Shown piece after piece: positions 1 to 9,932 of a DNA stretch of 64,000 bases (within the stretch, counting starts at the first letter, position 1; each line of letters begins with the position of its first letter). The stretch is taken from assembly GCA_033764955.1 (NCBI GenBank), contig JANRIL010000023.1, forward strand, positions 97,290-161,289, in the 5' to 3' direction. Position numbers and translations under genes: made by a program. Below the pieces are notes generated by a model. It ran no database searches. It was not told where the DNA came from and worked only from the letters and a program-made list of their open reading frames with translations. Source of the stretch: Cyanobacteriota bacterium. GTDB lineage: Bacteria; Cyanobacteriota; Cyanobacteriia; Thermostichales; Thermostichaceae.

Positions 1-2
1 TC

Positions 3-2540
3 GAACCGGAATCCTCTCCAGTAGAGCCAGAGCAGGAGGTCGATCCAGTTCCTTCGCCCCCGCCAGCTTCTCCTCCACCAACCATTGCCCCTGTCCCTCC
101 GGTTCCCCCCCTGGTTCTTGACCAACTGAAAACCCTGCCTCCCACTTGGGATCCCTCTCCTATTCAGGGAACGCCGCTCCTGCTCATGCTGGTGAGCGTG
201 TTGGGCAGTTTTGGGTTGGGACTGCTGGGGGGATTGGCCTTTCAGCAATGGCAGGATACCCGCATCGCCCAACAGCTTTATGAGCAGGCCGAACAATTGA
301 CCACCCAGGGCGAGTGGCAGCAGGCGATCCAAACCTATCAAGCCGCCCTGATTCACCGCCCCCACTATCCCACCGCTCAGTTGGCGCTGCAAAAGGCGGA
401 ACAAGCCCAGCAGGCCCTCCTAGATAGGATCCAGCAAGCCCGTGCCCAGATTGCGGCTCAACCCCAGAATGGGCAAGCCCGCCTGCAACTGGCTGAGGGA
501 CTCACGCAACTGGGGGATTTGGAGCAAGCCCAGCAGGAACTCTCCACCGTGATCTGGCTAGATCCTGAGAACGTCAGCGCTTATCTGCAAAAAGGGCAGA
601 TCCTCATCCAGCAGCAGCAGTGGGATCCGGCCATCCGCCATCTGCAAGCTGCCCTGAAATGGGATCCCGACAATCCGCAAGCCCAAGCCGCTCTCCAGTA
701 CATCCAAGCCACCCAAGCCCAGCTCACCCCTTTACCCCTCACGGATCCGACTCTGCAACCTCTGCAAGCGGCTCTGGCTAAAAACCCTCAGGATCCCCAA
801 ACCCATTTCGCCCTGGCACGGCAACTGTTACAAATGGGGCGGGTGGATGCCGCTATTGGGTATTTGCAGGCAACCCTGCGGTTGGATCCCGACTATCCGC
901 AAGCCCAGGCGTATATGCAGATAGCTACCCAACAGCAACAAGCTCTGCGACAGGCGCTTAGCCAACTCACAGCTAGCCCACCCCCCGCCACGCGCCTTCC
1001 CCAAAATCCTTCCACCGCTCAACTGACTAACCCCACCCCAAAAACTCCGCTCCCCCCCCCAAAAACTCCGCCCCCCACCCCCGCCGTCCTACAAGCTGCT
1101 GCCAGCGGAGAGATTTCTCCTTCTCGTTCGCCTCTCCCCTGGCTGCTGGGGCTGGGTAGCCTAGGATTAGGGATCCCCTTACTGTTCCTGTTGGGCAAGC
1201 ATCGCTCATCGCTACGCCTGCCCCGACCTCGGCCTATTTCCCCGTCAGGAGGCAACAATCGTGTCTTGCGCCATTATCAGCAGGCTCTAGAGGCTTTGCA
1301 GCAGCAACAGGAGACGCAGGCTCTCACTGAACTGGAAACAGTTCTCAAACTCAACCCCCGTTTTGCCCCCGCCTATCAACTGCTGGGATCCTTAGCCGCT
1401 CAAAAAAGTGATTGGCCGACGGCACTCAACAATTATCGACAGGCGGAAGCCGTCAGTCCTGATCTGCCAGAACTAGCCCAGCAAATAGACCGCACCCTGA
1501 TCGCCTACGGCAAGACTTTACTCAGCCAGAAAGCCTTTGATCAGGCACTGGAACATTTACGGATGGTCATCCCCAGCAAAACCCTCACCAAAAGCGAAAA
1601 GGCTCCTATTCATACTTTGATTGGGCATATTCTTTTGAAACAAAATCTTTGGATTGACGCCCGTAACGAATTTCAACAGGCATTGATTGAGGATGCTAAA
1701 CAACCGGAAGCATTTGTGGGCATGGGGCATGTTTTGCGTTGTCAAGGGGAACGCGAACTCTCCATCGATATGTTTGAAACTGCCCTTGGTTTGGATAAAA
1801 ATCTGGCCGCCGCCCATCACGGCAAGGGACTTTCTTTGTTGATATTGGGTCAGTTATCGGCTGCTTTAGAAGCCTATCAAACCGCCATCGATCTGGCTGC
1901 CTCTCCTCCCCCCGATTTTTATGTGGATTTGGGGTTAGCCCTATTACAAGCTGGCGATCTGCATCGCGCCAAAGAATATTTTCAGCAAGCCATTGATCAC
2001 GATCCCCAAGCTGCCCGCGCCCATTGTGCGATGGGTCAGCTATTGTGGATGCAAGAGGAGGTGGAGGAAGCCATAGAAAAACTGGAATGGTCGTTACAGT
2101 TGGATCCCGAATTGTGGTTGGCTACTGCCATCATTGGCCTGACTCATTTGTCCCGCAAACGGCATAGTATTTCTGGCAAAAAATTTGTCCTCCCGCAGGA
2201 TGCTGATCTGGCGGCCAGCCAATTTGAACGGGTGATTGCCAACGATCCCTCCGTGGCGGAAGCCCATTTTGGTATGGGGGAACTATTTCGGATTCGTGGT
2301 AATTTGCTCTTTTCTGTACAGCACTATCGTTCGGCCATTAACGCCAATGGCAGCTACACCGCCGCCTATTTTCGCCTGGGATCCATCTACGCCAAATTGG
2401 GTCAATTGGATAAAGCCGCCCAGGAGCTCCGGCAGGCGCTACTCCTTAACCCCCACCACACCGAAGCCAAAACCACCCTCAATCGCGTCTTAGCCCGACG
2501 AGTGGATGATTCCTTCACAGAAATTATGAATCCCCCCTAA
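3..2540 (+). CDS. Membrane-anchored tetratricopeptide-repeat protein (5' end outside the window)
   Basis: The frame of ORF 186..2540 stays open back to position 3 (EPESSPVEPEQEVDPVPSPPP...). It has many TPR motifs (e.g. AYLQKGQILIQQQQWDPAIRHLQAALKWDP), two hydrophobic segments and Pro-rich linkers. Confidence 0.85.
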   Translation, partial: EPESSPVEPEQEVDPVPSPPPASPPPTIAPVPPVPPLVLDQLKTLPPTWDPSPIQGTPLLLMLVSVLGSFGLGLLGGLAFQQWQDTRIAQQLYEQAEQLTTQGEWQQAIQTYQAALIHRPHYPTAQLALQKAEQAQQALLDRIQQARAQIAAQPQNGQARLQLAEGLTQLGDLEQAQQELSTVIWLDPENVSAYLQKGQILIQQQQWDPAIRHLQAALKWDPDNPQAQAALQYIQATQAQLTPLPLTDPTLQPLQAALAKNPQDPQTHFALARQLLQMGRVDAAIGYLQATLRLDPDYPQAQAYMQIATQQQQALRQALSQLTASPPPATRLPQNPSTAQLTNPTPKTPLPPPKTPPPTPAVLQAAASGEISPSRSPLPWLLGLGSLGLGIPLLFLLGKHRSSLRLPRPRPISPSGGNNRVLRHYQQALEALQQQQETQALTELETVLKLNPRFAPAYQLLGSLAAQKSDWPTALNNYRQAEAVSPDLPELAQQIDRTLIAYGKTLLSQKAFDQALEHLRMVIPSKTLTKSEKAPIHTLIGHILLKQNLWIDARNEFQQALIEDAKQPEAFVGMGHVLRCQGERELSIDMFETALGLDKNLAAAHHGKGLSLLILGQLSAALEAYQTAIDLAASPPPDFYVDLGLALLQAGDLHRAKEYFQQAIDHDPQAARAHCAMGQLLWMQEEVEEAIEKLEWSLQLDPELWLATAIIGLTHLSRKRHSISGKKFVLPQDADLAASQFERVIANDPSVAEAHFGMGELFRIRGNLLFSVQHYRSAINANGSYTAAYFRLGSIYAKLGQLDKAAQELRQALLLNPHHTEAKTTLNRVLARRVDDSFTEIMNPP

Positions 2541-2679
2541 CCCTCGATCCCCTTTCGGGCACAACCCTCTTTTATGCTGAAGAAGAGGGGGCAATGGCTG
2601 CTTCTGACCAACACGCTTTGCTTGCCCCCGTTGCCGTGCCCTGCTGACGACTGTTCTACCCTTCCCTACTGCCAAACCT

Positions 2680-3339
2680 ATGACACCAGGGTCTTTGCCG
2701 CCTGCCGATAGTTCCACATGGCCAGAATGCCAGTCATCGATGGTGCGCGGTCTAGCCACCCTAACCGATCCCGAACTTCTGCACCTACAAAAGCAAAATC
2801 CTGAGGCTGCCCGCTATTTCATCTGCCTATTTTGTCGCCACGAACAGACCATCGAACACCACCTACAACAAACCGTTCTCCCCAGTGAACTGCCCCAGCG
2901 CCTCCATCAAGTTTGGCAACGCCTCCATCGCCAGTTGGGACAACTGGATCCCCGTTCTGCCGATGCTACCAACCTGCGGACGTGGTTGATCCAGCAAACC
3001 AGCGCCATTTTGCAGGGAGGAGTCGAGGGATCCCCTCTGCTAGCTGCTCCCGTCAGCCCCCTCTTCTCAACGGGATCCCTTAGCTTGGCACGGGTTTCTC
3101 CAGCTCTCGTCTGTTTTTTATTGATGGGATTAGAACGCCTACCGGGGGATCTGCGGTTTATTGTTCTGCTGCATGATCGCTTCCATTGGTCTACCAGCCA
3201 GATTGCCGCCCAATTAAAACTGGATGGCTACATTCTCTCCCCCAGCGAAATTACCGAAAAGGTAGAGGAAGCTCGCCAACGACTATTTCAAGAATTACCC
3301 GCTGATATTCGTGCCCTCTACCTAACGACTAAACCTTAG
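2680..3339 (+). CDS. Sigma-70/ECF-like protein with a region-4-type HTH
   Basis: C-terminal LERLPGDLRFIVLLHDRFHWSTSQIAAQL...EARQRL resembles sigma region 4. Confidence 0.6.
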   Translation: MTPGSLPPADSSTWPECQSSMVRGLATLTDPELLHLQKQNPEAARYFICLFCRHEQTIEHHLQQTVLPSELPQRLHQVWQRLHRQLGQLDPRSADATNLRTWLIQQTSAILQGGVEGSPLLAAPVSPLFSTGSLSLARVSPALVCFLLMGLERLPGDLRFIVLLHDRFHWSTSQIAAQLKLDGYILSPSEITEKVEEARQRLFQELPADIRALYLTTKP

Positions 3340-3585
3340 ATCAGGGCTGCTTCCACCCACTGGATGAACCCCTGGATTGAGAAACTCCACCTCCCTGGTT
3401 TCCCCCTCAAAAGATAGAGAAGATTTCCCCCAAAGTCTGTGTCATCCTGAAGAGAGGGATCCTCACCTCGCATCAGCCTAGGTTGACGAGGGATCCCCTT
3501 GAGTGCCTGCCTGCCGATCTGTCAAGATTGCGAAACGTAACTAGATATGTGATGAATATTTGAGCGCTCTTGTGAGTGGTTTGTT

Positions 3586-4797
3586 ATGACAACGCCTTGG
3601 ATTTCCTCAACTGACGATCATACCCCTGAGCACCTGCTGAATCAGGAACGGAGTGCTTCCCCTAGGGCTGAGTCAACCCCAAATTCTGGTGAGCGGATTA
3701 GCCAATCCACACCGCTTCCCCATCCGGTTTATCACTCCCTTCAGCAGTTATTGGGGGTGCTAGATTTGGATGTTTTACGAGAACTGGAGTCTTTTCGGGC
3801 ATGGCAGCAGCAACAACGGACGGACGCCATTGCCTCCCCTTTATTGGGTAAAAACTTTCCCCACGGGGCACGAGCAAGCAATGAGGGGTTCGCGGATGAA
3901 GGAAATCGCCAATCCTATGCCCCCTATCTACAACCTCAAGATGTCTTGGAGGATCTAGAGCTAGACGAAACCCAAAATCACCCAGGGGTATTTTCGCCCC
4001 TCTCGATTTTATTGATGTGGTTGCTCTCCTGCTTTGGCATTGGCTTGGGATTATGGTGGCTGATTTCTCCAGGGGATCCCAATCGTCCAGTGCGCCTGAC
4101 TGAATCCCCCCCCACCCCCGTGGCGACTCCCACTCCCGTGGTGGCCGCCACCCCATCCCCCACCCCCACCCCCCTAACCATTGATCTCGCCAAGCTACCC
4201 TTAATTCCGGTGCCCGTCTCCGAACGGATCCGCGAGTCGGCTACAGCCGACAATGCTCCCGATCCGGATCAAGATGACCGCTTGACCGCTCTGATTAACT
4301 CCCAGCCCGAACCCCTGACCGAAGAGGTAGAGCCACTCCCCCAGTCGATCAACTGGCTCGATTCTCTGCAAAACGAGACCTCAGAATTGGTGGTTTCTCC
4401 TCCCCAGTCCACCGCCGCCAGCAGCGATGAACGAACCCCTCCTGAATCAGCTTCTGCGCTTGCTGCTTCCCCTGTCCCTGATAGTCCAAACGCCGCTGCT
4501 GCCGCTACCAATCCGGCTCCGGCCTCTGCTCTCAGCCCTGAATCCCCAGCCCTCTCCCCCACGACACCGGATCCCTTGGGGCCGAACCAAGGAGAAGGGG
4601 TTTTTGTCGTTCTAATTCCCTACCAGGGAGATAGCAGCCTCGCCCAAGCCCGCCAGATTTCAGGAGGGGCATTTGTTAAAGATATCAACGGACAAAAATA
4701 TGTGCAGCTAGCCTCATTTGAACAACTGGAATACGCTCGCTACGAGGCAGAAAAGTTACGGAAACAGGGTTTACCCATCGAGATTCGAGATTTGTAG
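3586..4797 (+). CDS. Single-pass membrane protein, Pro/Ser-rich, with a C-terminal SPOR-like domain
   Basis: One TM helix (ILLMWLLSCFGIGLGLWWLI), a low-complexity linker and C-terminal YVQLASFEQLEYARYEAEKLRKQGL. Confidence 0.6.
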   Translation: MTTPWISSTDDHTPEHLLNQERSASPRAESTPNSGERISQSTPLPHPVYHSLQQLLGVLDLDVLRELESFRAWQQQQRTDAIASPLLGKNFPHGARASNEGFADEGNRQSYAPYLQPQDVLEDLELDETQNHPGVFSPLSILLMWLLSCFGIGLGLWWLISPGDPNRPVRLTESPPTPVATPTPVVAATPSPTPTPLTIDLAKLPLIPVPVSERIRESATADNAPDPDQDDRLTALINSQPEPLTEEVEPLPQSINWLDSLQNETSELVVSPPQSTAASSDERTPPESASALAASPVPDSPNAAAAATNPAPASALSPESPALSPTTPDPLGPNQGEGVFVVLIPYQGDSSLAQARQISGGAFVKDINGQKYVQLASFEQLEYARYEAEKLRKQGLPIEIRDL

Positions 4798-4933
4798 GTT
4801 GGGAGCTAAATCAAATTGATCCACTACCCAAAATTCTCCCCAAATCCTATAGCACCCCCGATTGACCGGATGGAAGAGCGCTGAACCCATGGCCTGACAC
4901 CCCAGTCTAATCCCATGTAGAGTGCGAGCCATC

Positions 4934-6202
4934 ATGGATGCTATTAGACAAAAAGGCCATTTCTACCGTCGTGCCAGCTTTGGGGCAACCCTTGATGAAT
5001 TGGAGGCGAATGTCTCCCCCCAGACGTTGCTAGAAGGTTGGTTGCAAGCGGGATCCCAGTCCATTCCCTCTCCGCAACTCCCCATGCTTCCCCCCCTCAA
5101 CCGCGAGAGGGATCCCGCAAGCCAAAAGCAGTTGCGCCTATTGGGAGGGCAATTCGCTACTGGGTTGTTGGAACAAATGGTTACGGCTACCAACCCTTTG
5201 CATGAACGGATCACCACCATCTGGCGAGATCATTTTGTGGTGGGAACCAATAAGTTTAATATCCCTCACTTTTTGCGCGACTATGAGATCAGATTGCGAA
5301 CCTTTGCCTTAGGAGATTTTCGAGATTTGCTCTGGAGTGTCACAACCAGTCCGGCCATGATGCTCTATCTGGATAACCAACAAAATCGCCAGGGCAAATT
5401 GAATGAAAACTATAGTCGAGAACTGCTGGAACTATTCACCGTTGGACAGGGAAACTATACCGAACAAGATATTCAAGAGGGATCCCGTGCCCTGACCGGT
5501 TGGACTATCAACTTTCCCAAGGCTGCTCTCACGGGCGAGGTGGAATCTTTATTCGTAGCCCGCCGCCATGATGGCGGAAGCAAAACCTACCTGGGACACA
5601 TGGGAAATCTTGCTACGCAGGACGTGGTGGATATTCTAGCCAATAGTCCCCATACCGCCCGCCGCATCAGCAGCAAATTGTGGAGTGAATGGGTTTATCC
5701 CAACCCTGAACCCGAAATCGTTACATCGTTGGCTGGTGTTTATCAAGCGCACCAACGGCAGCTAGCCTATGTGGTCGAGGCCATTTTTAGCCATCCCGCC
5801 TTTTATAGTGAGCGGGCTTATCGCAGCCGCTTAAAAGGACCTCTGGCTTTTGTGGTGGGATCCATCCGCCAGTTGCAGTTGCAAGCGGATTACGGTCAAG
5901 TGCTGCGTTCTCTAGCATTTATGGGACAGCGACCCTATGGTGCCCCTACGGTCAAAGGCTGGCCGAGTGATAGCGGCTGGCTGAATGCGGTGGCTCTCCT
6001 GGATCGACTCAATCTGGCGCAGCAGATGACGCAAGACAATGGGGACGAGGGCAAATTTCGCTATGACCCTGCCAATCTAAACCCTCAGGCTGTTGTGCGC
6101 TTGTTGTTGGATGGCGAAACCCCTTCTGGATCCCTTCCTTCCCTTGACATTCGTGACCTAACGGCTCTTCTGCTGGCCTCTCCCACCTACCAACTGGCTT
6201 AA
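4934..6202 (+). CDS. DUF1800 family protein
   Basis: Motifs LHERITTIWRDHF, SPAMMLYLDN, NENYSRELLELFTVG and PTVKGW, followed by the usual DUF1501 partner. ATG at 4934 chosen (GTG at 4922 is an alternative). Confidence 0.9.
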   Translation: MDAIRQKGHFYRRASFGATLDELEANVSPQTLLEGWLQAGSQSIPSPQLPMLPPLNRERDPASQKQLRLLGGQFATGLLEQMVTATNPLHERITTIWRDHFVVGTNKFNIPHFLRDYEIRLRTFALGDFRDLLWSVTTSPAMMLYLDNQQNRQGKLNENYSRELLELFTVGQGNYTEQDIQEGSRALTGWTINFPKAALTGEVESLFVARRHDGGSKTYLGHMGNLATQDVVDILANSPHTARRISSKLWSEWVYPNPEPEIVTSLAGVYQAHQRQLAYVVEAIFSHPAFYSERAYRSRLKGPLAFVVGSIRQLQLQADYGQVLRSLAFMGQRPYGAPTVKGWPSDSGWLNAVALLDRLNLAQQMTQDNGDEGKFRYDPANLNPQAVVRLLLDGETPSGSLPSLDIRDLTALLLASPTYQLA

Positions 6203-6206
6203 ACTT

Positions 6207-7352
6207 ATGATTTGGCAACGCCGACAATTCCTGACCCTGCTAGCCGGAGCGACCGCCGTGCTTGCCCTCAAGCCGAGCGTCTCGGCTCAATCCCGCAAAA
6301 GCCTGCTGGTCATCGAACTAGCGGGGGGGAACGATGGTCTCAACACCTTCATTCCCTATGCGGATCCTCACTATCGGCAACTACGCCCCAACTTGGCTAT
6401 CCCAGACGGGATCCCCATTAGCTCTCAGGTGGCCTTACACCCCGCCCTAGCCGATTGGCAGCCCCTTTTCCAAACGGGAGTCATGGCTCTCATCCAAAAC
6501 GTCGGCTACCCCAATCCTTCTCTCTCCCATTTTCGTGCCAAAGAAATCTGGCAAAGCGCCTCTACGGATCCCAGCCCAGATACAGGTTGGTTAGGTCGTT
6601 ACTTAGAGGCCAGCCAAGCCACCACCCAGGATGGTGTTTTTTTGGGCAACGAATATCCCCTCGCCCTGATGGGATCCACTACCCGCTATCTTTATCTGGC
6701 TCCGAAGTTAGTGGTCAAAACGGATAATGCCTTTGGGCAGGCCATGCGCGCCCTTTATCAACAACCTCTGGCCGAACCCCTAGCCGAACAGGTGCGCCAA
6801 ACGGTTTTAGAAAATCTAGAAGCTGTGCAAACTCTCACCCGCGATCTGGAGGAACAGGCGGATCAGCAGGGATATGCCCCAAGCCCGACAGGACGAAGTT
6901 TTGCCTTAGCCAGCCGACTGATTCAAGCGGGATCCCCGGTGGTTTATCTAACGATTGGCGGCTGGGATACCCATGTCAACCAACCTGTCCGCCAGCAGTC
7001 GTTGCTCAGTCAGCTAGCCTCCGGTCTGACTACCTTCTATCGCCACCTGCAACAACTAGGGAGGCAACAACAGGTTTTGGTGATGGTGCAGAGTGAGTTT
7101 GGTCGGCGGCCTGCCGAAAATGGAGCCAGAGGAACTGATCACGGCACGGCTGGAGTGGTGTTGTTAGTGGGAGAAGGGGTGAAAGGGGGCTTTTATGGGG
7201 GGGATCCCCATCTGGACAGTCTGGAAAAGGGCAACCTACCAATTGTTGTAGATTTTCGCAGCCTCTACAGCGAGATTTTGGATCGATGGCTAACCATTGA
7301 GAGTAAGCAGGTGATAGCTGGGAGTTTCCCCGCTTTGGGAGTGCTGAGTTGA
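6207..7352 (+). CDS. DUF1501 family protein (Tat signal)
   Basis: RRQFL twin-arginine signal; GGNDGLN, SHF, GGWDTH, SEFGRR and GTDHG motifs. Confidence 0.9.
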   Translation: MIWQRRQFLTLLAGATAVLALKPSVSAQSRKSLLVIELAGGNDGLNTFIPYADPHYRQLRPNLAIPDGIPISSQVALHPALADWQPLFQTGVMALIQNVGYPNPSLSHFRAKEIWQSASTDPSPDTGWLGRYLEASQATTQDGVFLGNEYPLALMGSTTRYLYLAPKLVVKTDNAFGQAMRALYQQPLAEPLAEQVRQTVLENLEAVQTLTRDLEEQADQQGYAPSPTGRSFALASRLIQAGSPVVYLTIGGWDTHVNQPVRQQSLLSQLASGLTTFYRHLQQLGRQQQVLVMVQSEFGRRPAENGARGTDHGTAGVVLLVGEGVKGGFYGGDPHLDSLEKGNLPIVVDFRSLYSEILDRWLTIESKQVIAGSFPALGVLS

Positions 7353-7493
7353 ACCCATAAAACGGGATCCCTGTTGCAGAAACTTCAGAGCTATGACTAG
7401 AGAAAGGGGTGGATCCGCTTTCTGTCATTCAGTTCATCCGCAATATTAAACAATTATGATTTTTTAGAAAGTTGCTTAATCGTAGGTAGCCTC

Positions 7494-8045
7494 ATGAGTA
7501 TTTACCACTTAGTTCCTGATGCTAATAGGTATCAATCCTTAGTTGTAGGAAGTGGCAAGAGACTCAATGAAGTAAGTAAGTTTACTTTTGGAAATCCTGT
7601 ATTAGAAACTTGGAAGCCAGTACAAGTCAGACTTGCTACTGATCTTGACAAACCTCCCCTACCAGTTAGTGATTTTCCAGGATTGAGTGGAATGCCTGCT
7701 TTTACGGAGAAAGCAGTAAATGCTCTGGGAGAAATACTTAGAATCAATGGGGAGCTATTGCCATTAGAAAGTGATGATGGAATATTTTATCTCTACAATA
7801 CTACAACTATTATAGATGCTCTTGACGAAGGAAAGTCAGACTTATCAAGGAATCAAAATGGTTTAGTTCGTTTTATTAAAAAACATCACTTTGTTCCACA
7901 AAAGATTTCACAACTTACTATTTTTAGACCTATACAGCTTCCTGATTATAGCTATCCCTGTGTGACAGATCGATTTGTAGAGGTTGTCGAACAAGCTCAG
8001 CTAACAGGCTTTCTGTTTCGCAAGCTTTGGTCAAGTGATGAGTAG
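7494..8045 (+). CDS. Imm11/DUF1629-like immunity protein (Imm-1, no toxin upstream)
   Basis: Motifs DFP..PAF, GELLPL, YN.T..DALD and VTD.FV..LTGF.F..LW. Paralogous to the genes directly downstream of the AHH nucleases in this array. Confidence 0.75.
   Translation: MSIYHLVPDANRYQSLVVGSGKRLNEVSKFTFGNPVLETWKPVQVRLATDLDKPPLPVSDFPGLSGMPAFTEKAVNALGEILRINGELLPLESDDGIFYLYNTTTIIDALDEGKSDLSRNQNGLVRFIKKHHFVPQKISQLTIFRPIQLPDYSYPCVTDRFVEVVEQAQLTGFLFRKLWSSDE
8026..8045 (+). repeat. Conserved immunity-gene 3' junction TTTGGTCAAGTGATGAGTAG (also 9891-9910, 11542-11561, 15597-15616)
   Basis: Identical 20-mer in four places, each followed by [c/t]gag[t/c]tgc and then a toxin cassette. Confidence 0.9.
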
Positions 8046-9349
8046 CGAGTTGCTTATTCAGTCCGCCACCACCGCCGCCTCCCAGCCCAACTCCCACTCC
8101 GGATCCTTGCCATTCTGACCAAAGTAGACTTCACCTCTCTGAGGGCGAAAGCAAAACTAGTTCTGTTTCCCCACAAGCCTTTGCAACTGCTATTAACCAA
8201 TTCTTGGCTCTTGCCAATCCCAATGGCTGTATCCTCACGACTATTGAAGTTTTTGGCTTGGTAGGATACTCCACGGCTCAGTTGTTAGCCTTGGTTGAGG
8301 AGTATATGACACCTGAGCAACTAGCTGCTTTTGCCGCTGCTCTAGAAGAGATTTATAACCAACCCGATCCGTTACCTTCTCCCAGCCCGACTCCCACACC
8401 TACTCCGGATCCTCCCCCAACTCCGGATCCCACTCCCTCCGCTTGTCCTTCTCCCTCTCCTAGTCCTTCACCGGATCCCAAAGTTGACGATAAGATTCCT
8501 GTCAAGGTTGTGGTGCATGACTATCAACAATTTACGATGAAGCTTAATGATAATGGTCATCATACTTCTGATGGTGATTCCGTTACTATTACCGTTGAAC
8601 CTACTGGATATACTCTTAGTCCTGCTACAGGTGAGCAAGATTCTGTTAATTTATCGGCTCAAGATAAATCAAGTGTATTTGATCTCCAGTCAGTTGAGAA
8701 CAAAGTCACCATTGAGGGATTATCCGAGGGAGAATATCCGCCAGCTACCCTAGAATTTAAGATAGAAAAAGTAGAACTAGAACCGACTCCTGCTCCTGGA
8801 TCTAGTCAATCGGTTAGCCTTACTACGTTTGAAGGGAGTGTTTTATTGAGTGCTAACCAGAATATTACCTTTGAAGTGGAGTGTCGTCGTCCTCCGGCTA
8901 GAGGCAGCGACGATCCAGCTAAGCTAGCTAGAAATATGGAGAAAGGAGTACACATAAATTTATCTGGAAATGTGTTTTCAGAGCCATTTGGATATTATGG
9001 GCAAAGGATGCCATGTGGTACGACAGCTCATCATATAGTGCCGAAAGGAAACTTTAGCGGTAGTCCGGTGATGAGTGAAGCAGTACAAGCGTCTAGAGAG
9101 ATTCTGGCTCAGTTTGATATTCACATTAACAGTGCATCAAACGGAGTGGTTTTGCCACAGAATGATAGTATTCCAGTGCCAGGAACACCTCATAATCAAT
9201 CTCCAGGGCTTCATACGAACACTTATGTTCAGGAAGTTAGAAGGAGATTAGAAGCAGCAGCAAACAAATCAGGAGCAACAACATTATCAATACAGACTGA
9301 ATTAAATCAAATACGACAAGAGCTTATTGCAAAAACATTTCCCCATTGA
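8042..9349 (+). CDS. Orphan (headless) toxin cassette 1: Pro-rich linkers, beta-rich domain and AHH nuclease
   Basis: The frame opens after TGA at 8039-8041 with no ATG (VASCLFSPPPPPPPSPTPTPDPC...). C-terminal PCGTTAHHIV...DIHINSASNGVVLP..PH...LHTNTYVQEV is AHH-type. Confidence 0.8.
   Translation, partial: VASCLFSPPPPPPPSPTPTPDPCHSDQSRLHLSEGESKTSSVSPQAFATAINQFLALANPNGCILTTIEVFGLVGYSTAQLLALVEEYMTPEQLAAFAAALEEIYNQPDPLPSPSPTPTPTPDPPPTPDPTPSACPSPSPSPSPDPKVDDKIPVKVVVHDYQQFTMKLNDNGHHTSDGDSVTITVEPTGYTLSPATGEQDSVNLSAQDKSSVFDLQSVENKVTIEGLSEGEYPPATLEFKIEKVELEPTPAPGSSQSVSLTTFEGSVLLSANQNITFEVECRRPPARGSDDPAKLARNMEKGVHINLSGNVFSEPFGYYGQRMPCGTTAHHIVPKGNFSGSPVMSEAVQASREILAQFDIHINSASNGVVLPQNDSIPVPGTPHNQSPGLHTNTYVQEVRRRLEAAANKSGATTLSIQTELNQIRQELIAKTFPH
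8426..8500 (+). repeat. Cassette linker repeat, copy 1 (other copies at 9999-10036, 11649-11723, 15711-15785)
   Basis: The core gatccca[c/g]tccctccgcttgtccttctccctctcctag is in all four copies. The extension tccttcaccggatcccaaagttgacgataagattcct is in three. Confidence 0.95.
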
Positions 9350-9358
9350 GGCTGAAGC

Positions 9359-9910
9359 ATGAATATTTACCATTTAGTTCCTGATGCTAATAGGTATCAA
9401 TCCTTAGTCGTAGGGAGTGGAAAGAGACTCAGAGAAGTAAGTAAGTTTACCTTTGGAAATCCTGTATTAGAGATTTGGAAGCCAGTGCAAGTCAGACTTG
9501 CTACTGATCTTGACAAACCTCCCCTACCAATTAGTGATTTTCCAGGGTTGAGTGGAATGCCTGCTTTCACAGGGAAAGCAATCGAATCTTTAGGAGAAAT
9601 GCTTAGGATGAATGGGGAGCTATTGCCGTTAGAAAGTGATGATGGAATATTTTATCTCTACAACACTACAACTATTGTTGATACACTTGATGAAGACAAA
9701 TCAGACTTATTAAGGGATGAAAATGGTGGAATTCTTCATATTAAGAAACATTGCTTCATTCCTCAAAAGGTTGTAGAACTTACCATTTTTAAGACTGTGC
9801 AAATTCCTCATGATAGCTATCCCTGTGTGACGGATCAATTTGTTAATGCTGTTGAACAGGCTCAATTAACGGGATTTGTGTTCCGCAAGCTTTGGTCAAG
9901 TGATGAGTAG
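9359..9910 (+). CDS. Imm11/DUF1629-like immunity protein (Imm-2, likely cognate of toxin 1)
   Basis: Starts 9 nt after the toxin 1 stop. Close paralogue of 7494..8045 and 15065..15616. Confidence 0.8.
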   Translation: MNIYHLVPDANRYQSLVVGSGKRLREVSKFTFGNPVLEIWKPVQVRLATDLDKPPLPISDFPGLSGMPAFTGKAIESLGEMLRMNGELLPLESDDGIFYLYNTTTIVDTLDEDKSDLLRDENGGILHIKKHCFIPQKVVELTIFKTVQIPHDSYPCVTDQFVNAVEQAQLTGFVFRKLWSSDE

Positions 9911-9932
9911 TGAGTTGCAGGCAAATCAGTGA

